Positions 28,241-35,647 of a stretch of DNA of 36,980 nt are shown one piece after another. Position 1 is the stretch's first letter. Every line of letters begins with the position of its first letter. The stretch covers positions 1-36,980 of the IMG/VR virus record IMGVR_UViG_3300023055_000202; one strand, 5' to 3'. Both the position numbers and the translations under genes were made by a program. Source of the DNA: a virus. Lineage: Duplodnaviria > Caudoviricetes. A model generated the notes under the pieces. That model ran no database searches. It was given only the letters and a program-made list of their open reading frames with translations, and was not told where the DNA came from.

Positions 28241-28809
28241 CCTTCATCTTCAATTTTTGCTTTTATTCTTGACATCGTTCGGGCAACAGTCCCCTTATGT
28301 ATGCCTAATACTGAAGCTATCTCTTCATGTGTATAGCCATTGCTAATCAATTGTAAAATATCCTTTTGACGGGTCGTTAGATTTTTGGTCATCGCCTGTA
28401 GAATATGTCCTTTTTCCTCCTGCGTTACTTTTACTAAATCAGAATCCTCATCAGCAACCACCTCATACATACTCATATCATTCGTTGCTTGTCTACGCTG
28501 TATCCAGTATGGTTCAAAAGGTATTTCACGTTCATAAGCCGCTCGACGTTCGATCCCTCTTGTTACGCTAGGGATATGACCTAGATTCATATATTGCAAA
28601 CCGTAACTAACGTTGGAAAGCCAATTCTTCACGGTTTTAATTTCTTCTTCAATTAGTCGAACTGTTTGTATTTCATCTGGTGTCAAACCGTTTAAATTAT
28701 CGGTAACCCTATAAGACATAACGATGGCTTCTCTTTTTCGTTGTAATTCATCTAGAATAGCCTTAGTCATACGTTTAGTGGCTCTATATTCATTTCTTAA
28801 AGCTCTCAA
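28225..28809 (-). CDS. Phage late positive-control sigma-like factor (Xpf-like, sigma70 region 4)
   Basis: LTTRQKDIL...GYTHEEIA.VLGI.KGTV...R.K.KI HTH; RGIERRAAYERE motif. Confidence 0.85.
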   Translation of the reverse strand: MRALRNEYRATKRMTKAILDELQRKREAIVMSYRVTDNLNGLTPDEIQTVRLIEEEIKTVKNWLSNVSYGLQYMNLGHIPSVTRGIERRAAYEREIPFEPYWIQRRQATNDMSMYEVVADEDSDLVKVTQEEKGHILQAMTKNLTTRQKDILQLISNGYTHEEIASVLGIHKGTVARTMSRIKAKIEDEGWFIP

Positions 28810-28865
28810 ACTGCTTCACCACCTTGGAAATTAATTTTAGAAGTATCATGGTGTTATTTTCATTC

Positions 28866-28941
28866 AAATAAAAAGAGGACAACAATAGACTGCAGCATAA
28901 TTGCTGTTACCCATTGTTGTCCTCCAGTGAGCTGGTAGAAC
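28866..28941 (-). promoter_or_regulatory. Attenuator-like RNA element, copy 1 (antiterminator overlapping a terminator)
   Basis: GTTCT-A-CCAG-CTCA-CTGG-AGGAC hairpin overlaps the 14-bp terminator stem GAGGACAACAATGG/CTATTGTTGTCCTC, followed by TTTTTATTT. Confidence 0.65.
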
Positions 28942-28947
28942 ATAATA

Positions 28948-29487
28948 TTATCTTGTTTCTTGAATTAGAAGATAAATCTTTTCAGTAACTATTGAAATAT
29001 ATGCAATAATAAATCCAGTTGCAATAAAAAGTAGTAAAGAATTGAATTCCTTTAATATTGCATCATCATTAAACTTAATTATGGCTAAAAATAAAGGGAT
29101 AAATCCAAAAATTACTATACTAAGTGTTAATGTTTCTGATATTAATACTTCATTCTCACTAAAATAATTCAAGTGTTTTTCTAATTTTTTTATTCTAAAT
29201 AAACCAAACATAATCCCTAAAAAAATGACTGCTGAAAAAATTACTCCAATAAATATTAAAATAAGATTATATTGTGCAATTATTTTTGTAATTTGAATAC
29301 TTCCTACACTAATAAGATTATTAAATGAATAATATGGTTGGGATAAATTTGATACTTCAGCAAACTTAAGAACTACTAGAAACCCTATAAAAAAGCTAAT
29401 AATACCAATAAACCACAAAAAAGCAATCGCTATAATAAAACTAGAAAATTTCTGCGTAAAACTATAAAATTTCTGTATAAAACTCAA
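28948..29487 (-). CDS. AT-rich multi-pass membrane protein (cargo)
   Basis: About 4 hydrophobic segments; RBS GGGTGAAGGG; composition unlike the flanking phage genes. Confidence 0.75.
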   Translation of the reverse strand: MSFIQKFYSFTQKFSSFIIAIAFLWFIGIISFFIGFLVVLKFAEVSNLSQPYYSFNNLISVGSIQITKIIAQYNLILIFIGVIFSAVIFLGIMFGLFRIKKLEKHLNYFSENEVLISETLTLSIVIFGFIPLFLAIIKFNDDAILKEFNSLLLFIATGFIIAYISIVTEKIYLLIQETR

Positions 29488-29708
29488 AACCCTTCACCCT
29501 CATCCTTTTTAACTCGCTTCATTTAACTTAAGTATGTGATAATCTCTTTTTTGGTGTTGTTGGAAATTCTACAGCCTTTACCTTTGATGTATTATGTTCT
29601 TTATATTAGCGGGGAATAATTTATTTTTCTTTGTTAAGAACTATTACACAAGTCTCAAGTAATTATATTATAACAATATAAATTTTCCATAAAGATCAAT
29701 ATTCACCT

Positions 29709-29905
29709 CTAAAATTCCTTACACATCAAACTCAACACACGTCACTTTCCCTTGATAAGTAACAATTTTAATCTTAGCATGTGCTGGAAGCTCAGAGAAT
29801 TTTGCAATTCCATCTGACAAGACGTTGACACAGTTTACGGGTAGCTCCATAATGTCAACTTGCAGCATACCTTCGTACGAAATTTCTAGTTTTTTTAAAC
29901 TAAAT
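29709..29905 (-). pseudogene. Degenerate second copy of the XtrA/YqaO-like gene
   Basis: Translates as SLKKLEISYEGMLQVDIMELPVNCVNVLSDGIAKFSELPAHAKIKIVTYQGKVTCVEFDV*, collinear with 30617..30814; no RBS or start, frameshifted end. Confidence 0.8.
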
Positions 29906-29970
29906 AGGACAACAGAAGAAGACTGCTTGATACTTCTCTCTTTCGTTGTCCTCCAGATGGCAGGTAGGGT
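29900..29970 (-). promoter_or_regulatory. Attenuator-like RNA element, copy 2
   Basis: CCCTACCTGCCATCTGGAGGACAAC...GCAGTCT...GTTGTCCT, homologous to copy 1. Confidence 0.6.
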
Positions 29971-29972
29971 AA

Positions 29973-30620
29973 TTATCCAAATTTTTTCAATAAATCATAA
30001 TAAGGTAATAGAATAGTAATGAGTGCTGTTGTTATAATTGATTTATTATTGAAGTTCTCCAAATCACTTACTACGGTTAAAACACTAATAATGAAAATTA
30101 CAAATGTTATTATCTTAAAATTCCTATTTTTATTATAATAAGGAATTCTATTTTTCTCTTCTAAAAATTTTATAATTTTATTATATATTGGGTAGCTTAT
30201 TAAAAAGTTGAGAATTACTTGTACTATACTATTAGAATAGTAGACAATTAAATCAATTTGCATCAAATCATAAAGTACGATTAACCAAAAATAAACTACT
30301 AAAATACTTGAAAAAGTTGAAAAGATAGTTGTAAGGGCAACTAAAACATATGTAGTAACATTTTGTTGGAAAGATAAAAAACTATCTTTATAAACCGCGA
30401 TTATTATCAAAATACTTATCACTGATATATGATATATTTCAGCTATAATTGATTCACTTAGGTTTATTTTTGTATCTAACCAATGAATAAAAAAATATAC
30501 ATATGCTCCAATAAATGATAAAAATAGTATTTCATTCATCAAGTTTCTTTTAGGAACTTTGTTTTCTATAAAGGTTTCTATGTATATTTCTGCAAAATCT
30601 CTAGTACCTCTTTTATTCAA
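29973..30620 (-). CDS. AT-rich multi-pass membrane protein (cargo)
   Basis: About 6 hydrophobic segments; the TTG start overlaps the upstream TGA (TTGA). Confidence 0.75.
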   Translation of the reverse strand: MNKRGTRDFAEIYIETFIENKVPKRNLMNEILFLSFIGAYVYFFIHWLDTKINLSESIIAEIYHISVISILIIIAVYKDSFLSFQQNVTTYVLVALTTIFSTFSSILVVYFWLIVLYDLMQIDLIVYYSNSIVQVILNFLISYPIYNKIIKFLEEKNRIPYYNKNRNFKIITFVIFIISVLTVVSDLENFNNKSIITTALITILLPYYDLLKKFG

Positions 30621-30814
30621 AATTCCTCACCCTCATCCCATTTCACACGTTTTACCTGTCCTTGATGCGTCACAATCTTCGTTTCAGCAAACGCAGGAAG
30701 TTCAGCAACCTTCGCTTTTCCCTGTGACAAAATTATTACACAATTCTCAGGTAATTCCATTGTATCAATTCGAAGAATCCCGTCAATAGTCTTACTCAAT
30801 TCTTTCATACGCAC
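30617..30814 (-). CDS. XtrA/YqaO family small protein
   Basis: VIILSQGKAKVAELP.FAETKIVTHQG.V.RV.W.EGE.F; upstream of an Xpf-like gene, as in PBSX xtrA-xpf. Confidence 0.75.
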   Translation of the reverse strand: MRMKELSKTIDGILRIDTMELPENCVIILSQGKAKVAELPAFAETKIVTHQGQVKRVKWDEGEEF

Positions 30815-30817
30815 AAT

Positions 30818-30905
30818 AGCTCCCCCCTTATGCTATAATAGTTTTACTGCTAGCAAGGGAGAAGCCTTTGTTATTGAAGAGCTATGGTTGCCGCCATAGC
30901 TTTTC
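30818..30905. promoter_or_regulatory. Structured xtrA leader with an antisense extended -10 promoter and hairpin
   Basis: Plus strand TGCTATAAT at 30831-30839; hairpin GAAGAGCTATGG-TTGCCG-CCATAGCTTTTC; anti-SD GCTTCTCCCTT pairs with AAGGGGGGAGC. Confidence 0.5.
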
Positions 30906-31133
30906 TTAATTGGTCATGATCAAATTGTTTAGAAATTGATAGCACTTCTCTTTTTCACTAAAGCATTCATGCAAGTCTCCATTTTCTATTTCGTAAAATT
31001 TATCTGTTTTCCGAATGGTATATTTATCGATAACAATTTCTGCATTATTACTAAGTTGGTGCAGTGCCATGTATATAGAATCAAAAGAAGTGCCAATAAT
31101 TTCGTAAATATTTACATTATCCATCTTCATCAT
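30906..31133 (-). CDS. Hypothetical protein
   Basis: Start at MMKMDN behind RBS AGGAG. Confidence 0.6.
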   Translation of the reverse strand: MMKMDNVNIYEIIGTSFDSIYMALHQLSNNAEIVIDKYTIRKTDKFYEIENGDLHECFSEKEKCYQFLNNLIMTN

Positions 31134-31149
31134 CCCTATTTCTCCTAAG

Positions 31150-31248
31150 TTAGATTTTTCTCTTAAAAACATTTTTAGTATGAATGGCATTACTAATAAT
31201 CACTAGACGACGTTCTAGAGACAACGATAACCATTTTCTAAATTTCAT
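31150..31248 (-). CDS. 32-aa basic peptide (not in the ORF track)
   Basis: RBS AGGGGAGG; MKFRKWLSLSLERRLVIISNAIHTKNVFKRKI. Confidence 0.5.
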   Translation of the reverse strand: MKFRKWLSLSLERRLVIISNAIHTKNVFKRKI

Positions 31249-31272
31249 TTACCTGTTCCTCCCCTTGCTAAA

Positions 31273-31392
31273 TTACAACTCATCATACGTTTTTAATAGC
31301 TGCTTGTCTGACATATTTCGTAGCATTTCCTCCGCATAATTTTTACGTAGCATGATAATAGCAATGATCTCCTCACGTTCTTGCTTAGACAA
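31273..31392 (-). CDS. BH0509-like small protein (39 aa, not in the ORF track)
   Basis: RBS GGGGTG and TTG start; MSKQEREEIIAIIMLRKNYAEEMLRNMSDKQLLKTYDEL. Confidence 0.6.
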   Translation of the reverse strand: MSKQEREEIIAIIMLRKNYAEEMLRNMSDKQLLKTYDEL

Positions 31393-31879
31393 TACTTCTC
31401 ACCCCTTTGTGCTGATCTAGACGATGCAAAATATATTGACCTGCAGCTGCATGTCCAAGATAAGCAGGAAATTGTACGATAGTTTTGCGGTGATCAATTA
31501 ATGAAATTTGAATATCCAAATCAGCGAAATACATCACTTTAGTCAATAGTCGATGGGCCTCCGTAATGACTCCTGTACGTTCACCAAATTTCTCACGGTG
31601 CAATAAACTGACTTCCAGTGGATTACTGGCAAAGTAAAAGGCATATTGGGCAAAACTTTCTACGACATATAGCTTAATGCGGCCAATCCCAAGCACGTTA
31701 CGCTCTGTCATTTCATGAACAGCAGCCTCATCATAAATCAGCTCTAGTAATTTATTAGAATCCTCCGTTAGATTAATTTGTTTTGTAGATACAGCCCAAA
31801 ATACTTGATGGGCAAGGCGGCATAATTCAAACTCTGTGGCATATTCCAATATCTCCTTTACTGTAATTATTTCATTCAT
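31385..31879 (-). CDS. Hypothetical protein
   Basis: ATGA-coupled to the helicase. Confidence 0.7.
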   Translation of the reverse strand: MNEIITVKEILEYATEFELCRLAHQVFWAVSTKQINLTEDSNKLLELIYDEAAVHEMTERNVLGIGRIKLYVVESFAQYAFYFASNPLEVSLLHREKFGERTGVITEAHRLLTKVMYFADLDIQISLIDHRKTIVQFPAYLGHAAAGQYILHRLDQHKGVRSIV

Positions 31880-33153
31880 TTCATAGTTCCCCAGGAAATA
31901 TTTGATAGACGGCCTGTGTCTTTTATATAGGCTGCGGATACAGTGCCAGTTGGTCCATTACGGTGTTTGGCGATAATGAACTCCAAAATATTTTTACTTT
32001 CGGATTCCTTGGAATAGTAATCGTCACGATATAAAAATGCTATGACATCTGCATCCTGTTCGATATTGCCTGAGTCTCGCAAGTCACTCATTACAGGTCG
32101 CTTGTCCTGGCGTTGTTCCACACTTCGATTGAGTTGTGATAAACAAATAACAGGGCAGTTAAACTCCTTTGCCATTTGTTTTAAATCCCATGAGATTTGC
32201 CCAATTGCTTGTGTCTGATTATCGCGTGGGTTATTTCCACGAATGATTTGCAAGTAATCAATCAAAATAATTGGCTTTTTACCAGGATTGGACTTGATGA
32301 TTTTACGAGCTGTTGCACGAATCTGAGATACTGTCAGCCCTGCTCGATCATCAATTTCGATATTGGCATTGTCTATCATGCCGAGTGTTGACATCCACTT
32401 TTCTTTTTGTCCGTCTGTAAAATATTCAAACGGATTACGCATCTTTAAGCGATTAAAATTCCCTGCTGTTGCAATCAGTCGATCAATCAATGTTGTCCGG
32501 CTCATTTCCAGTGAGAAGATGATCGGTACATAGCCATTCCACCCAGCATTTAGCGCAAGATGATTCATCGTGTCTGTTTTCCCCATAGAGGGTCTTGCGG
32601 CAATAATAGTCAACTCTGCATCTTGAAAGCCGTTAAGCATTTTATCCAAGTCAAGTAATCCTGTAGGCACACCTGTTTTGACGTTTTCTTGCTCGAAAGG
32701 TCGATTTGCCATTTGCATTAAATCTGCTTTGATGCTCGTATTTGTACTGGTATGTTGGGTTGTTAGCTTGTCCAATGCCTGTTGAATCTCTGCAATGCCC
32801 CAATCCTCTTGCTGTGCTTGCTCCATGATTTGACGTTTAGAGCGCTCTCGCCAACTTTCAAGCACAATGTTTTGGTACTGCTCGTAATTTGTTCCACTGG
32901 CGAAGTTGCCAAGCTCTGCTAGATAATTTGCCCCTCCAAGTTCAATCGGCTCTCGCGTTGTCAGCAATGTGATATAGTCGACTGCTTTACGCTCACCGAC
33001 AAGCTGAAGCATGCTAGAGAAAATATTTTTGTGCACCTGTGATGAAAAATGGGCTGCCTCTATGTTGCTATCTGCAATCAAATAATTTTCATGTAGCATC
33101 GTGCCTAGTAAACTTTTTTCTGCTAGCTCAATGCTAATGTTTTGTAATTCCAT
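31876..33153 (-). CDS. Replicative DNA helicase, DnaB family (phage)
   Basis: AARPSMGKT, FSLEM, IDYLQ, LSQLNR, DLRDSGNIEQDAD and KHRNGPTG motifs. Confidence 0.96.
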   Translation of the reverse strand: MELQNISIELAEKSLLGTMLHENYLIADSNIEAAHFSSQVHKNIFSSMLQLVGERKAVDYITLLTTREPIELGGANYLAELGNFASGTNYEQYQNIVLESWRERSKRQIMEQAQQEDWGIAEIQQALDKLTTQHTSTNTSIKADLMQMANRPFEQENVKTGVPTGLLDLDKMLNGFQDAELTIIAARPSMGKTDTMNHLALNAGWNGYVPIIFSLEMSRTTLIDRLIATAGNFNRLKMRNPFEYFTDGQKEKWMSTLGMIDNANIEIDDRAGLTVSQIRATARKIIKSNPGKKPIILIDYLQIIRGNNPRDNQTQAIGQISWDLKQMAKEFNCPVICLSQLNRSVEQRQDKRPVMSDLRDSGNIEQDADVIAFLYRDDYYSKESESKNILEFIIAKHRNGPTGTVSAAYIKDTGRLSNISWGTMK

Positions 33154-33956
33154 TACAGATCCTCTCCCTTGCTAAAATCTAAATCCAGTGGACCAGACGA
33201 ATTATGCTGAATGGGCTGCATACTTTGAGTCTCGTTCAAGTAACCTTCAAACTTCGTGGCGTTGAACAACGTGTCTGGTCGTAAGTATTTATTCATCTCA
33301 GGGTTGTGCAGCCACTGCTTGACCTTTGTATCAATTACGCACTTGAAATGCTCTAGCGTATAGCCTTCTGCAAGTCGAGCGTTGATGAGTCGCTTCGTGG
33401 CTGCCGTTGATGCTTTGAAATTTTTCTGAGCAGTTTGGTTTAAATACTTAATAATTTCATGCGCAATGTCGAGCTGCTCGACAATATTATTTTTAATACT
33501 CTTAATATCTTTGGTTATTGGTGGGGTCAAAGTGTCCCTACTAGATGGGGTCAACTTGTCCTCATGTGTGGGGTCACTTTGTCCCCATGTGTCAGGACAT
33601 TTTGTCTCGTTCGAAGGGTCATGTTGTCCCATCGTTAAATAACCCAATTTTGTATAATTCAGCCGATACCATTTTGTCTTGTCGATCTTGTATTTGTTAA
33701 ATTCATCTGTGGAGAAAATATAGCCATCATCTTCTAGCTTCCTAATTGCACGCTTTATCGTTTTTTCAGACCAAAATGGAAACTCATTTTGCCATTGCTG
33801 ATAGCTGTTAAAAACCCACTTATGACCATCATGAATATGCGCAGAAATAAGCGTTTTAAAGTGCAATTGCTGTAGTATAATCGCCTCATTCAATCCCACC
33901 TTAGCAGCTAAACTAGGTAGAACTTGCAAAGGCGGCTCATTGATGAGTAAATTCAT
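33153..33956 (-). CDS. Phage replication initiator with conserved phage C-terminal domain
   Basis: LA..VGLNEAIILQQ wHTH, DKTKWY and YLRP.TLF..TKFE.YLN motifs. Confidence 0.88.
   Translation of the reverse strand: MNLLINEPPLQVLPSLAAKVGLNEAIILQQLHFKTLISAHIHDGHKWVFNSYQQWQNEFPFWSEKTIKRAIRKLEDDGYIFSTDEFNKYKIDKTKWYRLNYTKLGYLTMGQHDPSNETKCPDTWGQSDPTHEDKLTPSSRDTLTPPITKDIKSIKNNIVEQLDIAHEIIKYLNQTAQKNFKASTAATKRLINARLAEGYTLEHFKCVIDTKVKQWLHNPEMNKYLRPDTLFNATKFEGYLNETQSMQPIQHNSSGPLDLDFSKGEDL
33481..33630. repeat. Replication origin: five iterons plus an AT-rich tract
   Basis: GGGGTCAAAGTGTCCC 33523, GGGGTCAACTTGTCCT 33547, GGGGTCACTTTGTCCC 33570, CAGGACATTTTGTCTC 33593, AGGGTCATGTTGTCCC 33615; AT-rich at 33481-33520. 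Confidence 0.75.
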
Positions 33957-34603
33957 GCATCTGCCCCTCCTTTCCATGTAGCCACAAAGTACAAAGCATC
34001 TTGAAGCTTGCACTGTGGTACATCTCGATACGAATCCACTTGATAACGTCTTTTTATTTCCCGGTAAATGGACGCAAAACAGGCGGGACGACGGGCTTGA
34101 ACAGTGCACAATTGATCAACACGCTCAGTCACTGCCTGTCGTAGACGTTTCTGTTCTCCCGTATGTAACGTAACTCCTTGTAGCCTTAGCTCAATTTCTT
34201 GTACACGTTTCTCCAGAGCTAAAAAGCGCTTTTCGTCATACGGTAATGAAACAGGCTGCGCTTGCTGTAAACTTTTAGTGATTTGGTAATATTGCGCAAC
34301 AAGCAGATTATAAGCTTGCCATGATTTTTCACTGTTGAGCGATTTTGCCAATAGAAATGCACCTTCTTCGGTCCATAAATACAACACTGATACGAATTTA
34401 AGGGTGGCGTCATTTTGTCGCCCGCCTTTAAATTGTTTAAGGGCTTCACCAGTAAGTGCAAAATAATGAGCACCTTCTTGAAAATGCTCCTTGTTTCGTT
34501 GGAAGTTACGCATTAATGACTTACTATCTGCTTGATACACCTCAGCAATTTGCGCTGTTGTTAAGACCTTTTTATCTGCATGCTGAATCTCCATCAAATT
34601 CAT
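33953..34603 (-). CDS. ORF6N/ORF6C domain antirepressor-like DNA-binding protein
   Basis: VLTT.QIAEVY...NF.RNK..F.EG.HYF.L.G..L..FK, LYLWTE.GA and C-terminal IYREIK..Y.V.SY.D.P motifs. Confidence 0.88.
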   Translation of the reverse strand: MNLMEIQHADKKVLTTAQIAEVYQADSKSLMRNFQRNKEHFQEGAHYFALTGEALKQFKGGRQNDATLKFVSVLYLWTEEGAFLLAKSLNSEKSWQAYNLLVAQYYQITKSLQQAQPVSLPYDEKRFLALEKRVQEIELRLQGVTLHTGEQKRLRQAVTERVDQLCTVQARRPACFASIYREIKRRYQVDSYRDVPQCKLQDALYFVATWKGGADA

Positions 34604-34698
34604 GCTACTTCCCCTTTCACAAGGGTAACGACAAATTGTCGCTACCCACTTGTCTATACTCATAGTTGATATTTAGCTAGATAATTGATATAATTTTA

Positions 34699-34857
34699 TT
34701 AATTGATATTTGACAGTCGCTTACTCGCATGCCAGTGCTTGTAAGCCTTTTTTATGCCTTTTTTAAGGGTGGCGTCATTTTGTCGTGCGGCTTTATAAAT
34801 TGCCATAAAACGATCCACTGGCTCTTTCGCCAGCCATTCCTTTACATTGATCTTCAC
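34699..34857 (-). CDS. Small basic hypothetical protein
   Basis: GTG start behind AGGTGA; KINVKEWL... Confidence 0.55.
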   Translation of the reverse strand: MKINVKEWLAKEPVDRFMAIYKAARQNDATLKKGIKKAYKHWHASKRLSNIN

Positions 34858-34937
34858 TTGAATCACCTGCCTTTCCGATGCATTCACATCATTGGACTCA
34901 CAAGCTTGTTGCTTATGAATCCTGTGACGAGAACGAA

Positions 34938-35147
34938 TCAAACAGCTTTCAATGGATTCTCTAAATCTTCCACTAGATCTATAGCATCTTTAATAGCATT
35001 TACTCTACCCTTTTGTGCAAAATAATCCTTTTGATTGCTCATATACAAACAGCTATCGAAGGCTTCCGCTACATCGACCGCATAATCCCGTAGTAACTCT
35101 TCCTCTTGTGACAAAAATGTACGTAGTTTCTCTAATACTTGTTCCAT
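34938..35147 (-). CDS. Hypothetical protein
   Basis: Strong RBS AAAGGAGGAG. Confidence 0.7.
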   Translation of the reverse strand: MEQVLEKLRTFLSQEEELLRDYAVDVAEAFDSCLYMSNQKDYFAQKGRVNAIKDAIDLVEDLENPLKAV

Positions 35148-35163
35148 GTAAACTCCTCCTTTA

Positions 35164-35251
35164 TTGACTTATATACAGTTCTTGTCCATAATAAAGGGAC
35201 AAGATTTTTATTAATTTTTTGAACTGATCACCGTCCAAAGTTACAGTTCAA
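35164..35251 (+). ncRNA. Putative antisense small RNA with its own SigA promoter and hairpin
   Basis: TTGACT-17 bp-CATAAT (35164-35192) then hairpin TTGAACTG...CAGTTCAA. Confidence 0.4.
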
Positions 35252-35265
35252 GCATGATGCAGGTG

Positions 35266-35631
35266 CTATTGCGCTTGCATTTTTTTCTTGTCAACTTTCC
35301 GAACAGCTAACAATTGAACACCATCTACTTCTGCAAAAAAATGCTCATATTCAAACTGTGGAGACATTGAAGGCTCACTACGAATCCCCTTTACACCTTT
35401 CGTTAAATGCTGAAAATATTCATACGTCACTTGCACTTTGAAGTTTCCATCATGAAAATCTGTAGATAATATCCCAGCCTTCTGTGCCATTTCCTGCTTT
35501 TCCTTTAGCATTAATAACAAATTCCCCATCTCATAATTTGAATAACACATATCAAGATTAGCATTTGCTAACCTATGAAGTTTAAATTTAGATGTTTCAA
35601 GATAAGCCAGAAATGCTTTAATTTTCTCCAT
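35266..35631 (-). CDS. Hypothetical protein
   Basis: ORF with RBS GTGGTG in the early operon. Confidence 0.7.
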   Translation of the reverse strand: MEKIKAFLAYLETSKFKLHRLANANLDMCYSNYEMGNLLLMLKEKQEMAQKAGILSTDFHDGNFKVQVTYEYFQHLTKGVKGIRSEPSMSPQFEYEHFFAEVDGVQLLAVRKVDKKKMQAQ

Positions 35632-35647
35632 CGCTTTGTCACCACTT

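Noticed and set aside
28866-29970. Canonical integron attC sites
   Set aside because: The ends GGACAAC/GTTGTCC do not fit RYYYAAC/GTTRRRY and the recombinase is far shorter than an IntI; kept only as a loose analogy
33523-33630. CRISPR-like array
   Set aside because: The repeats are degenerate, the spacers only 6-8 bp, they lie inside a coding gene and there are no cas genes; iterons explain them better
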